A stretch of 64,000 nucleotides of DNA from an uncultured Bacteroidales bacterium (GTDB taxonomy: Bacteria; Bacteroidota; Bacteroidia; Bacteroidales; WCHB1-69). The stretch is from contig CAKUVI010000003.1 of NCBI GenBank assembly GCA_934699095.1, positions 233,076-297,075 of the forward strand, written 5' to 3'. Shown here piece by piece: positions 52,427 through 61,200 of the stretch. The notes below the pieces were generated by a model, which was given only the letters and a program-made list of their open reading frames with translations, was not told the origin of the DNA and did not search any database. A program made the translations under genes and the position numbers. How positions within the stretch are numbered: position 1 is the first letter of the stretch; every line of letters starts with the position of its first letter.

Positions 52427-53962
52427 CTATGCCTTTATAAGTTTTTTGCTACACAGAAGTCCTTTCTTGTCGAAAATATTTATCAGATAAATCCCCTTGC
52501 TTAAAGATGATATGTCAACTGAGGCCTTTCCTGAATTCAGACTCTCTCCATACACACATTGTCCGTAAATATTCACAATTTCTATCTTATATTCCGACCT
52601 GAATTCGTCTAACTCTATATTGATATACTTGTCTGCCGGTATGGGATATACCTTGCAACTGCCAGATTCTACATTCTCGATGCCAACACAATCCTCAAAA
52701 ACCAGATTATCATAAGTATTCCAAACGGGAGCGGCCTGATATTCATCTATTTTCTCACATGGAACGCGCACAAGTATTGTGTCTTGCTTGTTGAAAGTTG
52801 TAGGGCTTATTGAAGGAGGTGTCTCGCAGAAAATATTCACTTCCTCCAATCCTCTTGCCAAGGAACTTCTAAAGGCACTATTACCAATATACTCGACCGT
52901 TTGCGGTATTGTGATTTTTTTCAACATCGGTGTCTCATAGAAAGCCAATTTTTCAATTCTCTTAAGATTTGAAGGCAATGAAACACTATCTAAGGATTCA
53001 CAATATGAAAAGCAATTTGAAGATATTGAATCTATACCGTCTGGCAGATCGATTTCTATGAGTCCTGTATTGCTAAAACAACGTGGCCCAACGCTAACAA
53101 GGTTGTCAGGCAAAACCATTGTTTTCAGATTGATGAAGTTCTGGAAGCAGTTTTTTCCTATCACAAGTGGTTCTGTACCTTGTTGGAACACAACATGACG
53201 GCACTCTATGGTGTCATCTAAATAATCGTATGTCAGTTGCTCAATGCTCACCAAAGATGGCGGGAACGCCAGAGTGTCTATGTGTTCGGGCGAAAAGGCA
53301 CATTCGTGGATTTCACGCAATCCGTCGTTGAACGCAATATCAGTCAACGGACAACTGTAAAAGGCCTGATATGGTAATATTGACACGCCAGCTGGTATAT
53401 TAACTTCTTTTATCCCAGAGGATGCAAAAGCCTGAACTCCTATGTGTGTCAGAGACTCTGGGAGCTCTATTGAAGAAAGGGGTATTTGTGAGAAGGCATA
53501 AAAATTGATGCGCTTCACATTGGATGACATCTCGATTTGATTTAACATAGAATGATGGAATGCTCCCGTATCGATAGTTTCTATTGTATTGGGAAGAACA
53601 ACATGTTGAAGGTTCTTTTGCATATAGAAAGCCTCTTTGTCTATGGCGGTCACAGTGAAAGTTTGACCTTCAAACTCAACTGTAGAAGGAATTACCACAT
53701 AGGAGTCATAATCATACAATGGATATACGAAGCCGGATTGTCCCATTTCCCAAGGCATTGTAGGGAAGGGAAGGTTGTGATACACGGAATCGTGGCAACG
53801 TGTTACGGCCACTGTCGGTGTTGTTGTTGAAGTAATACGATAATATAAAGTATCACCTTCAACATTAGCAGATTTGAAATCAAATGAAGGCCACAGATTT
53901 TGCGCCGAAACAGCATAAACACTTGCAACGATAATGCTGATAATGATGACTGTTTTTTTCAT
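52427..53962 (-). CDS. BspA-type leucine-rich-repeat surface protein with a T9SS C-terminal sorting domain
   Basis: 511 aa. Signal peptide and repeated (I/L)xIPxxVxxIgxxAFxxC units. CTD-like tail is KVYPIPADKYINIEL...GIYLINIFD...KKLIKA. Confidence 0.8.
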   Translation of the reverse strand: MKKTVIIISIIVASVYAVSAQNLWPSFDFKSANVEGDTLYYRITSTTTPTVAVTRCHDSVYHNLPFPTMPWEMGQSGFVYPLYDYDSYVVIPSTVEFEGQTFTVTAIDKEAFYMQKNLQHVVLPNTIETIDTGAFHHSMLNQIEMSSNVKRINFYAFSQIPLSSIELPESLTHIGVQAFASSGIKEVNIPAGVSILPYQAFYSCPLTDIAFNDGLREIHECAFSPEHIDTLAFPPSLVSIEQLTYDYLDDTIECRHVVFQQGTEPLVIGKNCFQNFINLKTMVLPDNLVSVGPRCFSNTGLIEIDLPDGIDSISSNCFSYCESLDSVSLPSNLKRIEKLAFYETPMLKKITIPQTVEYIGNSAFRSSLARGLEEVNIFCETPPSISPTTFNKQDTILVRVPCEKIDEYQAAPVWNTYDNLVFEDCVGIENVESGSCKVYPIPADKYINIELDEFRSEYKIEIVNIYGQCVYGESLNSGKASVDISSLSKGIYLINIFDKKGLLCSKKLIKA

Positions 53963-54052
53963 GACAATTAGTTTTTTATGGTTAGTAAATAACTGGATTT
54001 TAATTTATTCTCAAATGCAAAAATAAAAAAATTCACGTTCGACATATATTTA

Positions 54053-55750
54053 TTATTTTTTAATGATTTTCTGATGATAAATGACACCGTTGAGGTCCGT
54101 CACGCGCAGAATATACACCCCTGCGGGGATATTTTGCATTGTTATTACCGTGGTTACGCCATGTTGAAACGCGCCATGTAGAGACGCAAAATTTTGCGTC
54201 TCTACAACCCGACCCTGCAAATCGCACAGCGTGATGGCCGCAATTTGTGCGCCGTCGGTTATTCCCACGTTCAATTCTCCGTCCGTCGGGTTCGGGTACA
54301 CATACAATACTGCATTATCTGCGTTGTTTATTGCAGTCTTCGCGGATTTTGTGCCTCCTTGTGGTTCCTCCGCTGACAAGTCCCCGTCCTCCAGACAGAT
54401 GCCGTGGTAGAAACAGAGCACGCCCTTGGCCATCTCCGAGGCGCGGCCGCTGTTGCGCTCGGCTATCTCCTGCAGCTCCGACTTCTGCGCCTCCGTCATG
54501 TCGCGCCAGTTCACCATCCTGCCGTCCCTGAGCTGCGCCTTCATGGCATGGAACTGAGCGTAGTCGGCGTCCCCGCCTTCGACATCGTCAACCAACCCCA
54601 TCTGGAAGTCGGTCTCCGTCAGCGAGTACCTGTCGGCGATGGGCTGCGCCACGGTGTGCCACTGCTGCAGCGCCCCGAGGTCCAGCACCGTGTCGGCCAT
54701 GATGCCCCGCACCGCCGCGTAATACACCTCCGTCTGCAGAGCCTGATGACCGTCAGCCACGGCGGAGTTCGTTTGGTTCGCACCCGCCGCGTTCACCGGG
54801 AACGGGTGTCCCGGAAATCCCGGCGTAATCCCGCACAACGTTGACGCACAGTTGTTTATAGTCACGTTGTCGGTGCTCTTCATCGTGGCGCCGCCTGTCA
54901 GGTATATGGGGTTGGCCACATTGCCGAAGCTGCCGCAGGCCACCTGAAGCCCGCCATCCGCCCCGCCGTTGTCGCCGCGCACCTGAACCCCGTAGTTCAG
55001 CGTGCTGAAGCTGTTGCGGTATATCATGTTGTCGGCGCTGCCGGAGTTATTCACCATGACACCAGTGGTGCTGCCCACGTTTGCCATCACCAGACCCTTG
55101 AAGAGGTTGCCCTCGACCTTGTAGCCAGAGCAGTTGTTGAGGTACAGGCCCGTGACGAACGGCGGCTGTGAACACGACTGCGTCAGGTCGAAAGTGTCGC
55201 GCGTCACGGTCACGAAGTTGTTGCCGTTGATACGCACGGCCGTGCCGTTGCCGCTGAACTTAGTCTGGTCTATCTCTATCGCGTACTGGTTGCCGCTCGT
55301 GTTGGCCTCTATCGCAGTGTTGAACCCGCTGAACGTGTTGTACCGCGAGTAGCTCTCCGCGCACACGCAGCCGGTGAACACTATGTTCGAAGGGCAGGTC
55401 TTGGTGAGAGTGAAGCCCGCGTCCTGCGCGTATATGCCCCTGTGGGTGGTGAACCCGCCGGCTGTGGCGTCGCTGAAGCCGCTCAGGTTGCCGCGGACGC
55501 TCCCGCCGGGCATCGTCTCAACGTACGGCATGAAGTTCACGGCGCGGCCGTTGTTGCGGAAGGCGGTGTTGGTGGCCTTCACCACGGCACCCGCCTCGGC
55601 CTGCACGGCGCAGCGGGCGTTCTCTATCAGGGCGCCGTTCTTGAGCTCAAGCCAGCCCTGGTTGGCGGCGTTCTGCGAAAGGCCGCCGTTGCCGAGCACC
55701 TGCACACCCTGCCACATCTCGCCCGCACACGCTCGTGAGTGTTCCGCCAT
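54053..55750 (-). CDS. Tail fragment (beta-helix repeats, helical linker, T9SS CTD) of the frameshifted S8 peptidase gene
   Basis: From ACAGEMWQG onward, the 565-aa ORF is residue-for-residue identical to the C-terminal part of ORF 58275..61289. The exceptions are a 39-aa gap and the last 21 or so residues. It has no signal peptide of its own. Confidence 0.7.
   Translation of the reverse strand: MAEHSRACAGEMWQGVQVLGNGGLSQNAANQGWLELKNGALIENARCAVQAEAGAVVKATNTAFRNNGRAVNFMPYVETMPGGSVRGNLSGFSDATAGGFTTHRGIYAQDAGFTLTKTCPSNIVFTGCVCAESYSRYNTFSGFNTAIEANTSGNQYAIEIDQTKFSGNGTAVRINGNNFVTVTRDTFDLTQSCSQPPFVTGLYLNNCSGYKVEGNLFKGLVMANVGSTTGVMVNNSGSADNMIYRNSFSTLNYGVQVRGDNGGADGGLQVACGSFGNVANPIYLTGGATMKSTDNVTINNCASTLCGITPGFPGHPFPVNAAGANQTNSAVADGHQALQTEVYYAAVRGIMADTVLDLGALQQWHTVAQPIADRYSLTETDFQMGLVDDVEGGDADYAQFHAMKAQLRDGRMVNWRDMTEAQKSELQEIAERNSGRASEMAKGVLCFYHGICLEDGDLSAEEPQGGTKSAKTAINNADNAVLYVYPNPTDGELNVGITDGAQIAAITLCDLQGRVVETQNFASLHGAFQHGVTTVITMQNIPAGVYILRVTDLNGVIYHQKIIKK
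54097..55732. repeat. Direct repeat copy 1 (1636 bp) of the GC-rich tail module
   Basis: Matches 58319..60071 at a constant offset of 4222 nt, then 4339 nt after the indel. I found only one mismatch (54117 A vs 58339 G) and a 117-bp gap. Confidence 0.9.
54177..54206. repeat. 30-nt perfect palindrome inside the CTD coding sequence (copy 1)
   Basis: TGTAGAGACGCAAAATTTTGCGTCTCTACA is fully self-complementary. It encodes ...VETQNFASL... on the minus strand. Confidence 0.9.
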
Positions 55751-57803
55751 CGACGATGAGCTTGCCCCCGGGACGGACGACGAGACGGGCGTTGTCAGTG
55801 CAATGGATTGTGGAAGTGATGGTTAGGACAGCACCTGAATCAATAGTGACCACATTTCCTAAAGAACGCTCAATGTCCCACAAGACATTGGAAGTAATGA
55901 CCGTATCTTGGTTGGTGACAGGGTATATTCCCGTGCCCGATGAGGCGATCGGATATATTTCTTTCTCCCTGATCACATATCCGTCATAGCAGATTTTCAC
56001 CTTGATTCTGTTTCCTGTGGCCGGGTACAGGGGACGCACGACCAACGAACCGGTTCCTTGTCCGGATACAATGCTCAAATGCAGGTTGGTCTCCCAAACA
56101 ATTTCATAACCTTCCGGCACAGCGCCTGAAAGCGTGTATGTATATTCATTGCATAACTGCATGGATGACGGTCCGGAAATGGTGTATTCTGTACCGTAAA
56201 TTTTAGCTTCTGCCAAAGCGTGGAATGCATTCACCAGCCCGTAGCCCATTTCCTCATTCCATCTGCCATTGGGGTGAAGGACGGCATCGCTGATGGTATA
56301 GTTATAAGGCCCGACTTTCTGAGCCGTTTTTTCAATAATCTCCTTGACCTGGCTATGGGTCAGGTTGGGGTTGACGGAAAGGATGAGCGCCGCCACGCCT
56401 GCTACGTGTGGACATGCCGCGGATGTGCCGCTGAATAGGGTGTAATTCCCATCCGTTTTTCCTGATGTTCCCATACGGTCTGTCGTATAGACATTTGTTC
56501 CTGGTGCAACAACGCTTAAATCTGATCCATAAGAACTGGCATCATCATTGATGTCAGACGGCCATGGATCGCACGTCTCCACAATGTTGCTTTTCCCTGC
56601 TCTGTTTCCGCATCTGTCAACCGCTCCCACAGCGATGACGCCTGTCCGTGTCGCGGGATATTGCATCTGACTTCCATTATTTCCAGAAGACACTGTTATA
56701 ACGCAGCCCTTGCCTGCTCTGCCTTGCTCCAACGCACTGTCAAATGCCTGATTAATCAGGTCACTTTCCGGCTTACTCCACGATATGCTGAGAATTTGTG
56801 CGCTATATTTCTTCCATGCGGTTTCTATGGCCTTTTTAATTCGCCAATAGCTAAATGTAATGTTGTGTGCATCTCTGGTCACTCTTATGGGAACAATCAG
56901 CGAGTTAGGGGCTATCCCTGCGATTCCCAAACTGTTGTGACTTGCTGCAATAATGCCGGCACAAGCCTGCCCGTGCCATTGTTTGCCCAGGTTTGGTGAT
57001 CCGTTTCCGTACAATTCGGGAAAACCGTGCAAGACTCTGCTTGTACCTAAGGCATTTCTCAAATCTTCGTGATCTTCCACCCCGTTGTCAATGACTGCAA
57101 CTCTGATACTGTCACCAATACTGTTATTGTAATGCTGTAAAAACGCCCACGCTTTTTCAACTTTAATATCGACACCGGGAGTTCCATTTTCCTGCCCGGT
57201 GTTCTCCAATGCCCATTGTAGATCATACCGTGGGTCTATTGTGTTGAGGCTGCATTCCCCGTAAAAATCCGGTGTGGAATAATCCACATACAGGGTGTCG
57301 TACAAGCCGTTAGCAATTTGCATCAAGGAAGTCTCACTGTTGCATACGATTCTATAGACATTTTCTGCGGTATCGTATTGCAGCGTGTAATTGCTGAATT
57401 GCGACAAGAAAGGGACAAGGAAGGAAGTATAAAAACTGTCGCTTTTGAGACGTACATACACCTCGTTCCTAAGCCATATCCGTCGCCCGCTCACCTTTTT
57501 GGCGTAGGTTATGAATGAGATGTCAGAAGAATTGTTGCATATTGTCGGTATAAGTTGCCTAATGGGAATTGTCCTGAGTTTTTCACTGATAATGATGATA
57601 TTGTCGTCGTCTTTCACAAAACTCACGGTGTCTGTTTTGTCTGAAAACATTTCCAAAATTCTATCCACAATCATGTCGTATTGCTCCAAATCTGCCACGA
57701 TGATGTTGACCGAAGTGGAGTCCTCTCGCCAGTAATTTCTTTCCTTGTCCGCAAAATAATAGTTTGTCTGCGCTTGACAAAAATGGAACAGGCACGAGAA
57801 CAC
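55647..57803 (-). CDS. S8 (subtilisin) family serine peptidase head, reading frame broken near 55733
   Basis: Catalytic triad contexts VAVIDNGVEDHEDL (Asp), HGQACAGIIAA (His) and SGTSAACPHVAGVAALI (Ser). The last 30 or so codons are out-of-frame reading of the tail module. The ORF-track start is a GTG. Confidence 0.8.
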   Translation of the reverse strand: MFSCLFHFCQAQTNYYFADKERNYWREDSTSVNIIVADLEQYDMIVDRILEMFSDKTDTVSFVKDDDNIIIISEKLRTIPIRQLIPTICNNSSDISFITYAKKVSGRRIWLRNEVYVRLKSDSFYTSFLVPFLSQFSNYTLQYDTAENVYRIVCNSETSLMQIANGLYDTLYVDYSTPDFYGECSLNTIDPRYDLQWALENTGQENGTPGVDIKVEKAWAFLQHYNNSIGDSIRVAVIDNGVEDHEDLRNALGTSRVLHGFPELYGNGSPNLGKQWHGQACAGIIAASHNSLGIAGIAPNSLIVPIRVTRDAHNITFSYWRIKKAIETAWKKYSAQILSISWSKPESDLINQAFDSALEQGRAGKGCVITVSSGNNGSQMQYPATRTGVIAVGAVDRCGNRAGKSNIVETCDPWPSDINDDASSYGSDLSVVAPGTNVYTTDRMGTSGKTDGNYTLFSGTSAACPHVAGVAALILSVNPNLTHSQVKEIIEKTAQKVGPYNYTISDAVLHPNGRWNEEMGYGLVNAFHALAEAKIYGTEYTISGPSSMQLCNEYTYTLSGAVPEGYEIVWETNLHLSIVSGQGTGSLVVRPLYPATGNRIKVKICYDGYVIREKEIYPIASSGTGIYPVTNQDTVITSNVLWDIERSLGNVVTIDSGAVLTITSTIHCTDNARLVVRPGGKLIVDGGTLTSVCGRDVAGCAGARQRRPFAERRQPGLA

Positions 57804-57829
57804 GGCTATTGTAATTAATCTTTTCGTGA

Positions 57830-58213
57830 TTACCTTTTTTCTATACAGTCTATTTTAACGAAACTAGGACGTAAATGATTGGGGTTGGGCAAGGGATCAA
57901 CCCATAGGTCGAAATGTGGAATCTTAGTGTATGACGCCATGATATCCAATGTGTCATAAACTTGATACTCTTTTGGCAGTTTGCCGACCACCTCAAACTT
58001 GTAATTGTTCAAGTGTTCAACAATCAGATGGGCTATCACCTTATATTGTTTTCCTTCGCAGTACAGGCACGTGGTTTTATAAGGCTCTTTTAAATATACC
58101 AGTTTGCAGGGAGTCATATAGTAGGGATCGCAACTTTGCTGTTTGCATGACGAGAGTCCCATTCCTGACACTATTATCGCTATTGTCAGTAAAATTCCAA
58201 TTTTTCTTTTCAT
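57830..58213 (-). CDS. Cys-rich lipoprotein, function unknown
   Basis: Start set to the ATG at 58211-58213: MKRKIGILLTIAIIVSGMGLSSC (lipobox). The 127-aa precursor has six Cys after the lipobox Cys. Confidence 0.5.
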   Translation of the reverse strand: MKRKIGILLTIAIIVSGMGLSSCKQQSCDPYYMTPCKLVYLKEPYKTTCLYCEGKQYKVIAHLIVEHLNNYKFEVVGKLPKEYQVYDTLDIMASYTKIPHFDLWVDPLPNPNHLRPSFVKIDCIEKR

Positions 58214-58274
58214 AATCTTGATTTTTGTTCTGATGTTTTGCTTGCAAAAATACATTTTTCAAAAACGCAGCCCA

Positions 58275-61200
58275 CTATTTCTTCACCACTCTTCTCACGT
58301 ATTCCTTTCCATCCCAGCCCGTCACGCGCAGAATATACGCCCCTGCGGGGATATTTTGCATTGTTATTACCGTGGTTACGCCATGTTGAAACGCGCCATG
58401 TAGAGACGCAAAATTTTGCGTCTCTACAACCCGACCCTGCAAATCGCACAGCGTGATGGCCGCAATTTGTGCGCCGTCGGTTATTCCCACGTTCAATTCT
58501 CCGTCCGTCGGGTTCGGGTACACATACAATACTGCATTATCTGCGTTGTTTATTGCAGTCTTCGCGGATTTTGTGCCTCCTTGTGGTTCCTCCGCTGACA
58601 AGTCCCCGTCCTCCAGACAGATGCCGTGGTAGAAACAGAGCACGCCCTTGGCCATCTCCGAGGCGCGGCCGCTGTTGCGCTCGGCTATCTCCTGCAGCTC
58701 CGACTTCTGCGCCTCCGTCATGTCGCGCCAGTTCACCATCCTGCCGTCCCTGAGCTGCGCCTTCATGGCATGGAACTGAGCGTAGTCGGCGTCCCCGCCT
58801 TCGACATCGTCAACCAACCCCATCTGGAAGTCGGTCTCCGTCAGCGAGTACCTGTCGGCGATGGGCTGCGCCACGGTGTGCCACTGCTGCAGCGCCCCGA
58901 GGTCCAGCACCGTGTCGGCCATGATGCCCCGCACCGCCGCGTAATACACCTCCGTCTGCAGAGCCTGATGACCGTCAGCCACGGCGGAGTTCGTTTGGTT
59001 CGCACCCGCCGCGTTCACCGGGAACGGGTGTCCCGGAAATCCCGGCGTAATCCCGCACAACGTTGACGCACAGTTGTTTATAGTCACGTTGTCGGTGCTC
59101 TTCATCGTGGCGCCGCCTGTCAGGTATATGGGGTTGGCCACATTGCCGAAGCTGCCGCAGGCCACCTGAAGCCCGCCATCCGCCCCGCCGTTGTCGCCGC
59201 GCACCTGAACCCCGTAGTTCAGCGTGCTGAAGCTGTTGCGGTATATCATGTTGTCGGCGCTGCCGGAGTTATTCACCATGACACCAGTGGTGCTGCCCAC
59301 GTTTGCCATCACCAGACCCTTGAAGAGGTTGCCCTCGACCTTGTAGCCAGAGCAGTTGTTGAGGTACAGGCCCGTGACGAACGGCGGCTGTGAACACGAC
59401 TGCGTCAGGTCGAAAGTGTCGCGCGTCACGGTCACGAAGTTGTTGCCGTTGATACGCACGGCCGTGCCGTTGCCGCTGAACTTAGTCTGGTCTATCTCTA
59501 TCGCGTACTGGTTGCCGCTCGTGTTGGCCTCTATCGCAGTGTTGAACCCGCTGAACGTGTTGTACCGCGAGTAGCTCTCCGCGCACACGCAGCCGGTGAA
59601 CACTATGTTCGAAGGGCAGGTCTTGGTGAGAGTGAAGCCCGCGTCCTGCGCGTATATGCCCCTGTGGGTGGTGAACCCGCCGGCTGTGGCGTCGCTGAAG
59701 CCGCAGCTGTGGAACTCTATCCCGTTGACCTCGCTCATCCTCACATGCTCCGTGAACTCGCAGCCGTTCTCGGCGAAAAGGTTGTCGCCGTCGGTCGTGA
59801 ACGTGCAGTTGCCGAAGCCGCTCAGGTTGCCGCGGACGCTCCCGCCGGGCATCGTCTCAACGTACGGCATGAAGTTCACGGCGCGGCCGTTGTTGCGGAA
59901 GGCGGTGTTGGTGGCCTTCACCACGGCACCCGCCTCGGCCTGCACGGCGCAGCGGGCGTTCTCTATCAGGGCGCCGTTCTTGAGCTCAAGCCAGCCCTGG
60001 TTGGCGGCGTTCTGCGAAAGGCCGCCGTTGCCGAGCACCTGCACACCCTGCCACATCTCGCCCGCACACGCACCGGTCAATGTGCCGCCGTCAACAACCA
60101 ACCTGCCGCCGGGGCGGACGACGAGACGGGTGCCGGGAGCGCAATGCAACGTACCTGTTATCGTCATTGTTTTCCCGTTTTCTATACAGAACGTGTCGGT
60201 AGTGAGATTTGTTTCCACATCAATGACCATGGACTGGCCTTGGATGGTAGTGCCTTCCACCTCGGGAAGCAGACTGCTATAAAAAACGTGAATAGGGCAA
60301 TGCAGGGTGTCATTGTGCTCCAATGTTGAGACCACGACACTGACGACAGCATCGCCTTCGGACAAGGGGGCGACATTTACGACGTTCGGATTGTTTGTGG
60401 GAAGAATTTGGATGTTGTCGCTGCCTAACCATGTCACCGTGGCATTGGTACCCTGCGGAAGATGGAGGGCATATGTTGGGTGTGTGCACAAATGTATATC
60501 GCGTGGGCCTTGAATGTAAGTTTCAATTTCGTTAAGCAAATAATCCACCAAATCATTATCAAAAGTGATGTGTTCCATGTTCTTGTTGAGCGGCCCCCAA
60601 TAGGAATCAAAGGGAATCTTGCCTTCGGCCACTAAATCCCGATTCGACACGTCTGTGGCATAGGGAATAGGCTCCTTGATGTCCAAAACACTGGTGATGG
60701 GCATGAAACAATGGGAGTGTTGATTGATATTGATACTGATAATTCCAAGATATTGCATCCATGAAATCTTATCGGTTAGCATATCAAATGTAGGATACGT
60801 GCATCCTGGGGCAGCATCTATACAGCCCTTATTCCCATTGTTATTAAAAGTCCACGTGATAGGAATTTTTATAAATAAGCCTATGTGACGATTAAGGTTA
60901 AAAACGACCCCTGGTCCTTGACTTGTCATATTATGAATTGAAATGTTGAGCAAATATGGAATCACAAACAATCGGGTTCTTATTGCTATATCCAAAACGT
61001 TTTGTTCAGCATATCCGTTAGGAAGGTTATTTAAACTACCGTTCGAGACAGCCACCTTTCTTAAGGCGGATGGATAGTTTAGACCGGCAATTTGCTGATA
61101 GTATGCGTTGTAAAGCGAACCTGCTTCGCTCATTTTGTGATAGATTAGCATCTGTTTTGCTGCAACGCTGCATAAAGTTTTGTTCCAAAGTTTAATCACA

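Larger units (their letters stand above)
54053..57803 (-). pseudogene. S8 peptidase / beta-helix / T9SS-CTD cargo gene interrupted by a frameshift (or a sequencing/assembly error)
   Basis: Two overlapping ORFs together reproduce the head-tail architecture of the intact-frame paralog. There is a 2-nt deficit at 55732/55733. Confidence 0.55.

Noticed and set aside
55725-55745. Programmed ribosomal frameshifting to join the S8 head and the tail.
   Set aside because: There is no slippery heptamer and no known +1 shift motif at the junction. The lesion coincides with the repeat boundary, which points to recombination or an assembly artefact.
54177-58428. The repeated palindromes as a CRISPR array or an invertible-promoter inverted repeat.
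   Set aside because: Only two copies exist, and both owe their presence to the 1.6-kb duplication. They lie within coding sequence in direct orientation. No cas genes or site-specific recombinase are present.
54097-60071. The near-identical repeats as a diversity-generating retroelement (template/variable repeat pair).
   Set aside because: No reverse transcriptase is present in the window. The repeats are 1.6 kb, far longer than DGR repeats, and are essentially identical rather than differing at adenine positions.
54194-60329. Many long plus-strand ORFs (up to 228 aa) duplicated in both tail modules.
   Set aside because: They are antisense to the coherent beta-helix/CTD frame. Their length follows from the roughly 65% GC content, which gives few stop codons. 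Their translations are Arg/Pro/Ala-rich, as expected for non-coding frames.
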